Shown here: positions 56,969-64,000 of the stretch, one piece after another
How the letters are laid out: each line of letters opens with the position of its first letter
Position numbering within the stretch: the stretch's first letter is position 1
Assembly: GCA_947167635.1 (NCBI GenBank)
Contig: CAMVIT010000007.1
Coordinates: 6,094 to 70,093, forward strand
Reading direction: 5' to 3'
DNA length: 64,000 nt
DNA from: an uncultured Bacteroidales bacterium
GTDB taxonomy: Bacteria; Bacteroidota; Bacteroidia; Bacteroidales; WCHB1-69
Position numbers and translations under genes: made by a program
Notes under the pieces: generated by a model
Databases searched by the model: none
The model's input: the letters and a program-made list of their open reading frames with translations, nothing else
What the model was told of the DNA's origin: nothing

Positions 56969-58075
56969 ATGCAGAAAAGAATCATCATATTGCTGGTCGC
57001 AGTTCTCGGGCTGTCCATGATGCGGGTTCAGGCGCAAGATCCCATGTTCTCGCAGTTTTATGCGAATCCGCTATATTTGAATCCGGCCATGGCCGGCACC
57101 AACATTTGCCCTCGTCTCGCGTTCAATTTCCGTGACCAATGGCCATCCATGCCGGGCACATTCCTGACCTACGCGGCCTCTTACGATGAACATTTCGACA
57201 AGATCTACGGCGGCATCGGTGTCCAGTTCTGGGGTGACCGAGCCGGTGAAGGCGGCATCCTCAACACCTACAACGTGAGTGCCATGTACTCCTTCAAGGT
57301 CAAGGTCTCCAAGAAATTCAACATGCGATTCGCCCTGGAAGCCGCCTACCGCAACAAATCCCTGAACAAAGCCAACCTCACCTTCGGGGACATGATCGAT
57401 CCGCGATACGGCTTCGTCTATCAGACCAACGAACAATTAGGCGACATCGACCAGATCAACTCCCTTGACTTCTCCTTCGGATTCCTCGGCTATACCCCCT
57501 ATCTCTACTTCGGCGTGGCCATCAAGCATATCGCCACCCTTAATTTCGGCAAAACCACGGGCTATAGCTTCATCAACCCCGACGCCGACGGGAAATTCTA
57601 CGACAATATCAAATACACCGCCCACATCGGTGCCAACTTCGACCTTAAGCGCAAGAGCAAAAAGGAGACCTCTTTCGGAGACATCTCCATCAGCCCGAAT
57701 TTCATCTACGAACACCAATTGGGATTCAACTATTTCAACGAAGGTCTCTATGCCAAGTTCTATCCCTTCACCGTGGGTGTCTGGTGCCGTCACGGTCTCA
57801 CCTACAAGTACAATTACGACCAATATGTTCCGCGTCCCGATGGCACAGGCATTGACACCATTCCAAGTACCGGCAAGATTTTCAATTCAGACGCCGTCAT
57901 TTTCATGTTCGGCCTCGAATACAACATGTTCAAGGTGGCTTATTCCTACGATTTGACCATCAGCCGATTGGCAAGCGCCACCACCGGCGGCAGCCATGAG
58001 GTGTCTGTGCAAATATCCCTGCCGTGTCCCAAGAAGCGCAAGGCCATCAAGGATCTCAAGTGCCCATCCTTCTAA
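56969..58075 (+). CDS. porP: T9SS membrane protein PorP/SprF family
   Basis: AQDPMFSQFYANPLYLNPAMAGT is the PorP/SprF N-terminal signature; beta-barrel composition. Confidence 0.8.
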   Translation: MQKRIIILLVAVLGLSMMRVQAQDPMFSQFYANPLYLNPAMAGTNICPRLAFNFRDQWPSMPGTFLTYAASYDEHFDKIYGGIGVQFWGDRAGEGGILNTYNVSAMYSFKVKVSKKFNMRFALEAAYRNKSLNKANLTFGDMIDPRYGFVYQTNEQLGDIDQINSLDFSFGFLGYTPYLYFGVAIKHIATLNFGKTTGYSFINPDADGKFYDNIKYTAHIGANFDLKRKSKKETSFGDISISPNFIYEHQLGFNYFNEGLYAKFYPFTVGVWCRHGLTYKYNYDQYVPRPDGTGIDTIPSTGKIFNSDAVIFMFGLEYNMFKVAYSYDLTISRLASATTGGSHEVSVQISLPCPKKRKAIKDLKCPSF

Positions 58076-58123
58076 GAGTCAGCTTCGAAATTGATCAATT
58101 TGAATATTAAACAATACAATAAA

Positions 58124-59617
58124 ATGAATAAAATCACCAACACAACTGGACTGTTAATCGTCATCGCCCTTATGACATTGGTCTCCTCCTGCAAGAAAGA
58201 GACCTCTCCGACTACGGGGTGGAAATACAATGACGCAAAGAATGGCGGCTTCGAGGTCGCCCCGTTCGAGGAACAAGCCACAGGCCCCGGCCTGGTGTTC
58301 ATCGAAGGCGGTACTTTCGTCATGGGCAACATGGAAGAGGACGTGATGAAAGATTGGAACAACACGCCCCGCCGCGTGTCTGTCGCCTCCTTCTATATGG
58401 ATGAGTGCGAGGTCGCCAACGTCGATTACCTCGAATATCTCTTCTGGCTGGAGAGAGTCTTTGTGCCCCAAGACCTGAAAGTGGTCTATGACAACGCCCT
58501 TCCCGATGAGAATGTGTGGCGCGACCGTCTCGGCTACAACGAACCCGATGTGGAATACTACTTCCGCCACCCCGCCTACAGACACTATCCCGTTGTGGGT
58601 GTCAATTGGCTGCAGGCCACCAACTACGCAGCCTGGCGTACCGACCGTGTGAACGAGCAGATTCTCGTGGACCGCGGCTATGTGGAATTCGCCGAGACCC
58701 CGACCGCTGAAGGATACTTCAACACCGACGCTTATCTGACATACGAGACCTACGAGGCAGAGGGCGAGAAACGTCTCAAATACATCTCCTCCGGTGAATA
58801 CCGTAACGTCAAGATGGAAGACGGCATCCTCCTGCCCAAGTATCGCCTCCCGACCGAGGCCGAATGGGAATACGCCGCCTATGGCTTGGTGGGCAACACC
58901 CTCAACGAACGTATCCTCGAACGTAAAGTCTATCCATGGAACGGCCAACAGATCCGTACCGAAGAGAGAAAATACTACGGTGATATCGTCACCAACGTCC
59001 GCCGTGGCCGCGGCGACCTCATGGGTGTGGCCAGCAACCTCAACGACGCCGGATTCAAAACCAAAGAGGTGCGCTCCGATTGGCCCAACGACTACGGCTT
59101 GTATCAAATGGCCGGTAATGTCTCCGAATGGGTCATGGATGTCTATCGTCAAGCTTCCCACGACGACGTGACCGAATTCAACCCCTTCCGTGGCAACTAT
59201 TTCGAAACCAAAAAACTCCTGGAAGACGGTACCGTTGCAGAACGTGACAGCGTGGGTAAAATCCCTATGGTTCCCGTTTCCGACTTCAAAAACGACAGAC
59301 GCCGCAACTACCGCGCCGCCGACAACCGCAACTACGCCGATGGCGACTGGCAGTCTCTCCAAAACATGGATGACTGGAAAAAGGCCGTCACCAACACCGA
59401 ATCCACCGACGTGATGTACCGCAAGGAAATCAACACCCCCTACGCATACTCATTGGTTAGCGACCATGCCCGCGTCTATAAAGGCGGCTCCTGGCGCGAT
59501 ATCCCCTATTGGTCCGCCCCCGCCTCCAGACGTTACCTCGACGAAGATGAGGCCACCGACTATATTGGTTTCCGCTGCGCAATGGCACGCGTGGGTTCCC
59601 AGACCCAAGGAAGATAG
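58124..59617 (+). CDS. gldJ: GldJ/PorK-family T9SS lipoprotein (SUMF1/FGE-like domain), most likely GldJ
   Basis: Lipobox LVSSC. TGWKYNDAKNGGFEV...LVFIEGGTFVMG, RLPTEAEWEYAA, GNVSEWV, RVYKGGSWRD are FGE-sulfatase fold blocks. No porL/porM/porN follow, which argues against PorK. Confidence 0.7.
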   Translation: MNKITNTTGLLIVIALMTLVSSCKKETSPTTGWKYNDAKNGGFEVAPFEEQATGPGLVFIEGGTFVMGNMEEDVMKDWNNTPRRVSVASFYMDECEVANVDYLEYLFWLERVFVPQDLKVVYDNALPDENVWRDRLGYNEPDVEYYFRHPAYRHYPVVGVNWLQATNYAAWRTDRVNEQILVDRGYVEFAETPTAEGYFNTDAYLTYETYEAEGEKRLKYISSGEYRNVKMEDGILLPKYRLPTEAEWEYAAYGLVGNTLNERILERKVYPWNGQQIRTEERKYYGDIVTNVRRGRGDLMGVASNLNDAGFKTKEVRSDWPNDYGLYQMAGNVSEWVMDVYRQASHDDVTEFNPFRGNYFETKKLLEDGTVAERDSVGKIPMVPVSDFKNDRRRNYRAADNRNYADGDWQSLQNMDDWKKAVTNTESTDVMYRKEINTPYAYSLVSDHARVYKGGSWRDIPYWSAPASRRYLDEDEATDYIGFRCAMARVGSQTQGR

Positions 59618-59638
59618 TATTACAATATATTATACAAT

Positions 59639-59669
59639 AAACCCCAAAAGTCGCTGACTTTTGGGGTTT
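59639..59669. terminator. bidirectional terminator hairpin between gldJ and the META-domain gene
   Basis: aaaccccaaaagt-cgctg-acttttggggttt, a 13-bp perfect stem, A-rich before and T-rich after. Confidence 0.7.
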
Positions 59670-59693
59670 ATTGTTGTTAGGAGCACCTGTTCT

Positions 59694-60143
59694 TTATTCA
59701 TCAAGAACCTTGCCGCTGTCTTTGAATCGGAAAATCTCCGCCTTGTCAGCATAGATGATCAATGTGCTGTCTTTGATGCTGAATGAAGTGATGTTCTCCC
59801 TCATTCCCTTTATGAAAAGACGCTCCATGTCCATCTGCGGACAGAGTTTCTTCGAGGCGCTGGTGAGCTCCATTTGCAGTTTCTGTTTCTTTTGATAGTA
59901 GGTGCCGAAGAAGATGTTGCAGCCCAAATATCCATTGGTGTTGCCGTCTTCCTGGAAAATGATGTACGGTTGCGCCATGGCGGTGCCAGGATCAATGGGT
60001 TTGCCATACAAGGCTTCCAATTGCCACTGAGTGTCAACCAAGGAACTGGTTTTGCCTTGGGCGGCCTTCTTGGTGGTTTTGCAACCAAAGAAGACAAGGA
60101 CGAGACTGGCCGCGAAGGCCAAAATGAGTAATTTCTTTGTCAT
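59694..60143 (-). CDS. META domain lipoprotein (HslJ-like)
   Basis: Lipobox VFFGC; [13 protein letters not shown] and GCNIFFGTY are META-domain-like. Confidence 0.7.
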   Translation of the reverse strand: MTKKLLILAFAASLVLVFFGCKTTKKAAQGKTSSLVDTQWQLEALYGKPIDPGTAMAQPYIIFQEDGNTNGYLGCNIFFGTYYQKKQKLQMELTSASKKLCPQMDMERLFIKGMRENITSFSIKDSTLIIYADKAEIFRFKDSGKVLDE

Positions 60144-60754
60144 GATTCAGGATTATTGTGAAACTGAAGGTTAATATTTTCTATATAACTGAGAATTTCC
60201 TCCTTGCCCTTGCCAGTCTCGGCCGACGATAACATCCGGTAAGGCATCTCCTCCCACTCCTCCGCCAACTTGTTGTAGAACTTCTGGACATTGCTCTGCA
60301 CTTTCCCCTGCGAAACCTTGTCCGTTTTAGTAAAGATAATGGAGAACGGGACTCCTTTTTCACCCAAGCCCGCAATGAATTCCAAGTCTATTTTCTGAGG
60401 CTCAAGCCGGGAGTCGATGAGGACAAAGACCACTTGCAGGTTTTCGCGCGACACCAGATAGTCGTCAATCATCTTTTTCCACTTGTCGCGCATGGCTTTG
60501 GAGATGGAGGCATAGCCATAGCCCGGCAAATCCACCAAATACCACTCCCTGTTGATAAGGAAATGATTGATGGTTTGCGTTTTACCGGGTTTGGAAGAGG
60601 TTTTGGCCAATTTTTTATTGTTGACCAACATATTGATAAGGGAGGATTTCCCGACATTGGAACGTCCGATGAAGGCATATTCCGGCATCGTCGGAGGTGG
60701 ACATTTACGCCAGTCCACCACACTTTGCATAAAAATTGCATTTTTGATAATCAT
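60140..60754 (-). CDS. engB: ribosome biogenesis GTPase YihA/YsxC (EngB)
   Basis: G1 [13 protein letters not shown]3 DLPGYG, G4 TKTDK. Confidence 0.9.
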   Translation of the reverse strand: MIIKNAIFMQSVVDWRKCPPPTMPEYAFIGRSNVGKSSLINMLVNNKKLAKTSSKPGKTQTINHFLINREWYLVDLPGYGYASISKAMRDKWKKMIDDYLVSRENLQVVFVLIDSRLEPQKIDLEFIAGLGEKGVPFSIIFTKTDKVSQGKVQSNVQKFYNKLAEEWEEMPYRMLSSAETGKGKEEILSYIENINLQFHNNPES

Positions 60755-60756
60755 AG

Positions 60757-62073
60757 CTATCGTCTGGCCAGCCAGGAGTTCGGATTGAGATATGAATCGT
60801 TCTTCCAGATCTCGAAATGGAGCTCGTAAGTGTTGGAAGTGGCACTCTTGGCCACAGTGCCTATGGTCTGTTTGGTGGAAACCTTGGCTCCTTTTTTCAC
60901 ACTGACAGTCGCCAAGTTCTGATAGACGCTGATATACTCGCCGTGGCGGATGATGACGACCTTGGTGCCCATGACATCCATGACGGCAGTAACCTCGCCT
61001 TGATAAACAGCCCGGACGGGGGCACCGGCATCGGTCATGATGTCAATGCCACGGTTCTCAATCATCACAGAGGGGACGTCGGGATGGGCATAGTTGCCGA
61101 AATCGCCCACTTTGGCGCCCTTGGCCACAGGCCAGGGCAGGCTGCCCTTGTTGCTGACAAAGGAGTTGTTCAACGTCCTCTCCTCCGGGGTGAGGGCAAT
61201 GGTGGCCGTTGCCCGCGGGTTTGCGACGGTTGACGTAGAACTGGAAGCGGCGGGTTTTGACGTGTTGCTGCTTGTGCTTGCCGCCTTGTTCTTGGCTTCA
61301 GCGGCACGCTTGGCGTTGGCTGCAGCTATCTCCGCCTGAATGGCCTTCTTGATGGCCACGTCTATATTCTTACGCTGCCGCTGCTTCTCCTCCAATTGAG
61401 CCTTGAGCTGGGTTGATTGTTTCTTGAGCTGCTCGGAACTTTTCGTCTTCGCACGACGGTCGCTTTCCAACTTCTTGATCTCACTCTCCTTCCCGGAAAG
61501 CAAATTGAGTTTTTCTTGCTTCATGGCAATGATCTGCTCATTCTTCTCCTTCAACTCGGCCTGGGTTTGCGCAATCTTGTCGGCTTGTGTACGGACATTT
61601 TCCGAAAAGATGGTGTAAAAACGCAGCCGGCGGAACATCTGGGAAAAATCATCCGCCGCCAGAATAAACGTCACCTTGTCCATCAACTTGCGGTTGCGGT
61701 AAGCCATATAGACCACCTGCGCATAATCCGCCTTCATGTAATCCAGCTTCTTTTGCAGATTGAGGATCTCCTGCTGGTTCTGTTCCTGCTCTTCCTCCAT
61801 CCTGATGATCTCTTGATTAAGTGTTGTAATCAATTTCTCGCGATTGGAAATTTGCTGACGCAGCACGGCAATCTGCTGCAACGAGGCTTTTTGGTTCTTC
61901 TCGTTCTTCTTAATCAGACTCTGCGTATTGGCGATCTCTTTCTCGATTTTCTGCTTGTCCTTCTTCAATTGCGAGCTGGTTTTCTGCGCATCAACGGAAG
62001 GAATGGCAAGCACACCCCACAGCAGAAACACCATGAGAGCTGTTTTCCATATATTTTTCTGGGAAAATTTCAT
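60757..62073 (-). CDS. M23 peptidase-domain murein hydrolase activator (EnvC-like)
   Basis: Signal peptide, long coiled-coil (QKKLDYMK...EKQRQRK), Ser/Ala-rich linker, C-terminal M23/LytM domain ([20 protein letters not shown]...[14 protein letters not shown]...LHFEIW). Confidence 0.8.
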   Translation of the reverse strand: MKFSQKNIWKTALMVFLLWGVLAIPSVDAQKTSSQLKKDKQKIEKEIANTQSLIKKNEKNQKASLQQIAVLRQQISNREKLITTLNQEIIRMEEEQEQNQQEILNLQKKLDYMKADYAQVVYMAYRNRKLMDKVTFILAADDFSQMFRRLRFYTIFSENVRTQADKIAQTQAELKEKNEQIIAMKQEKLNLLSGKESEIKKLESDRRAKTKSSEQLKKQSTQLKAQLEEKQRQRKNIDVAIKKAIQAEIAAANAKRAAEAKNKAASTSSNTSKPAASSSTSTVANPRATATIALTPEERTLNNSFVSNKGSLPWPVAKGAKVGDFGNYAHPDVPSVMIENRGIDIMTDAGAPVRAVYQGEVTAVMDVMGTKVVIIRHGEYISVYQNLATVSVKKGAKVSTKQTIGTVAKSATSNTYELHFEIWKNDSYLNPNSWLARR

Positions 62074-62092
62074 ATTATACCGTTTTAACTTG

Positions 62093-62100
62093 CAAAAATA
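62093..62100 (-). promoter_or_regulatory. -7 box (tatttttg) upstream of the envC-like gene
   Basis: Exact TAnnTTTG, 19 nt upstream of the ATG at 62073. Confidence 0.45.
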
Positions 62101-62236
62101 GTCTATTTACTTGGAGTAGTAAAATGACAATCACTTTTTTATGAACGAAGTATTGTTGATTTTATTCTGGGCAGACAAACCATCCGGCAATGTGCTTCCG
62201 TTGACAAAACAGGCTCACCATCGAGCAGCTTCACCA

Positions 62237-62581
62237 TCAGAACACTATCGGCAGCAGCAGTTCCACAATGAGGGCGGTGAGCACCGCCACGAGGGCGACA
62301 CGCACCAGTCCGCGGTCTTTCCAGGCCAGGACAATGGCGACCATGGTGGCGACGGCGGCGGAGACGAAATGCGGTGACGTCGCGCCGGCAGGCGTGGTCG
62401 AATACAACACATCGGGGAACGTCATGGCCGACAGCACACAGAAGGGAATGTAATAGAGGAAGTCCTGTATCCACTCGTTGTCCATTTTCCGGCGCACAAA
62501 ACCAATCGGGATGACACGGATAAGGTAGGTGGTGAGAGCCATGATGAGCATGGCGATGGCGACGTTCTGGAGACTACACAT
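62237..62581 (-). CDS. azlD: branched-chain amino acid exporter small subunit AzlD
   Basis: Small protein with 3-4 TM segments (LIMALTTYLIRVIPIGF) directly after azlC. I take the ATG at 62581; the track start at 62587 is a GTG. Confidence 0.7.
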   Translation of the reverse strand: MCSLQNVAIAMLIMALTTYLIRVIPIGFVRRKMDNEWIQDFLYYIPFCVLSAMTFPDVLYSTTPAGATSPHFVSAAVATMVAIVLAWKDRGLVRVALVAVLTALIVELLLPIVF

Positions 62582-63311
62582 GGGCACCTCCTTTCAACAT
62601 GCGGCGACGGAACCGCTTGATTTCCTTGATAGAGGCACAGATGGCGGCACCCAAGATGGCAGCCACGATGATGGCCCAGCCGCCGCCACCGCTCTTGGAA
62701 AGCACATTGAGACCGGGCACATACTTGAAGAGACAGGAGAGCAGCGCCGACACAATCACGGCGATGGCCACCTTGCGACCCTTGCGCGCCGGCGGGATAA
62801 TGATGGCGATAAACATACAGTATAGCGCAATGCCGAAACAGCCTTGCAACATCGGGCTGAGCAAACTCGACGCCACGGCACCCAGCAATGTGCCCAATGT
62901 CCAACCGGCAATCGGTGTGGTCATCAAGCCCCCGAAAAACGGGAAACTCACGTCGTCCTTTTCCATGGCCGCCAAGGCAAAAACCTCATCGGTAATGCAA
63001 AAAGCCATGATGGCGCGCTTGTAGAAGGGCATATCGGAGGCCACCTTCTGCGACAGCGACAGCGACATCAGCATGTAGCGCAAGTTGATGACAAAAGTGG
63101 TGATGACCAGCTCTATATAGGGCGCGCCCCCCTCAATGAGCCGTATGCCAGCGAACTGTCCCGCCGAAGCCATGTTGGTCATCGATATAATGGTGGCTTC
63201 CAACGGATTAAAGCCCATTTTCACAGCTATCAACCCGAAGGTGAAAGAGACGGGAATGTAACCCAAACAGATCGGAAATCCCTTTTTTAAACCTCTAACA
63301 AACTCAGTCAT
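62574..63311 (-). CDS. azlC: AzlC family branched-chain amino acid exporter permease
   Basis: FVRGLKKGFPICLGYIPVSFTFGLIAVKMGF is an AzlC-type N-terminus; multiple TM segments. Confidence 0.8.
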   Translation of the reverse strand: MTEFVRGLKKGFPICLGYIPVSFTFGLIAVKMGFNPLEATIISMTNMASAGQFAGIRLIEGGAPYIELVITTFVINLRYMLMSLSLSQKVASDMPFYKRAIMAFCITDEVFALAAMEKDDVSFPFFGGLMTTPIAGWTLGTLLGAVASSLLSPMLQGCFGIALYCMFIAIIIPPARKGRKVAIAVIVSALLSCLFKYVPGLNVLSKSGGGGWAIIVAAILGAAICASIKEIKRFRRRMLKGGAHV

Positions 63312-63340
63312 AAACCTTTGCCGCTTTCCAAAAACGGCAG

Positions 63341-63348
63341 CAAAGATA
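63341..63348 (-). promoter_or_regulatory. -7 box (tatctttg) upstream of azlC
   Basis: Exact TAnnTTTG, 29 nt upstream of the ATG at 63311. Confidence 0.45.
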
Positions 63349-63374
63349 GTAAAAAAAGGGACAAGGAAAAAGGA

Positions 63375-64000
63375 TCAATGTATTTCAGACATCGACACAA
63401 TCGACACTGCGGTTTTCAGGCCGTCGATGGCGGCGCTGACAATGCCACCCGCGTAGCCTGCACCCTCGCCCATGGGATATATGCCGGGAATGCCGCACTG
63501 CCTGTTTTCGCCACGCAGGATGCGCACAGGAGAAGACGAGCGAGTCTCCACGCCAGTGAGCACAGCGTCGGGATCAGCGAAACCTTTGAGCTTCCTGTCC
63601 AGCTGCGGGATGGCTTGGCGCAAAGCATCAACCACATAGTCGGGGAGGCAGCGGCCAAGATCGCAGAAGAAAACCCCATGCGGATAGGAGGGCTTGACAC
63701 TGCGATAGCGGTCGGCAATCTTGCCGGCCAAAAATTCGCCCACGAGGTTGCCCGGGGCGCGGTAGTCGCCCGCAATCCCGAAAGCGGCACGCTCGTACCG
63801 CTCTTGGTAGTCCAACCCATCAAGGGGGCTTCCCTTGAGATAGTCATCAGGATGCACACTGACAAGCAGGGCACTGTTGGCATTGGCCTTGTCGCGGCTA
63901 CGCTCACTCATGCCGTTGGTGACAATGGTGCCCTCCTCGCTGGCGGAGGCCATCACCGTGCCGCCGGGACACATGCAGAAGGTATAGACCCCGCGGTCGC
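63375..64000 (-). CDS. FAD-dependent oxidoreductase (COG2509-like), 3' part only
   Basis: The frame stays open to the window end (..GVYTFCMCPGGTV..). C-terminal IYPMGEGAGYAGGIVSAAIDG is typical of this family. Confidence 0.7.
   Translation of the reverse strand, partial: DRGVYTFCMCPGGTVMASASEEGTIVTNGMSERSRDKANANSALLVSVHPDDYLKGSPLDGLDYQERYERAAFGIAGDYRAPGNLVGEFLAGKIADRYRSVKPSYPHGVFFCDLGRCLPDYVVDALRQAIPQLDRKLKGFADPDAVLTGVETRSSSPVRILRGENRQCGIPGIYPMGEGAGYAGGIVSAAIDGLKTAVSIVSMSEIH

Noticed and set aside
58124-59617. Calling this lipoprotein PorK/GldK
   Set aside because: No porL/porM/porN genes follow it, and the N-terminal TGWKYNDAKNGGFEV block looks GldJ-like to me. The distinction needs a phylogeny, so the call is kept as GldJ/PorK family.

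Overview
This 64-kb window looks like a chromosomal segment of a Bacteroidota (Bacteroidales-like) genome. Three things support that: a large set of type IX secretion (T9SS) genes (porU, porV, porP/sprF, a gldJ-like gene, gldF, gldG); cargo proteins carrying T9SS type A and type B C-terminal sorting domains; and many exact Bacteroides-type -7 promoter boxes (TAnnTTTG) 4-85 nt upstream of start codons. I used those boxes to re-assign several starts from the ORF track. I call 50 protein-coding genes and 2 gene remnants. I found no rRNA, tRNA, CRISPR array, transposase or integrase.

The left third (about 1-23.9 kb) is accessory. It holds:
- two tandem FG-GAP/T9SS type B surface proteins that share a 144-bp perfectly identical block;
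- an AT-rich orphan ORF bracketed by a short direct repeat;
- a visibly AT-richer CDP-glycerol (teichoic-acid-style) cassette: tagD-like, two AsnB-like amidoligases without a glutaminase domain, TagF-like, and an O-acyltransferase;
- an ORF6N/PLD-like gene lying between a 39-bp direct repeat formed by a duplicated glycosyltransferase 3' end;
- a GT2-YfhO pair;
- a three-gene HipB/HipS/HipT-like toxin-antitoxin module with palindromic operators;
- a class II Fic gene with a perfect 12-bp-arm palindrome;
- a roughly 350-bp GC-rich, helix-rich non-coding segment;
- a C10 peptidase that is T9SS cargo.

The remainder is mostly housekeeping: uvrA, speB, ahcY, ispF, ferritin, atpB-E-F, several peptidases, chrA, engB, azlCD. 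Interspersed with these are T9SS and gliding-motility genes and a three-gene envelope operon of unknown function.

All calls rest on reading the translated ORFs and the DNA by eye. No database search was run.
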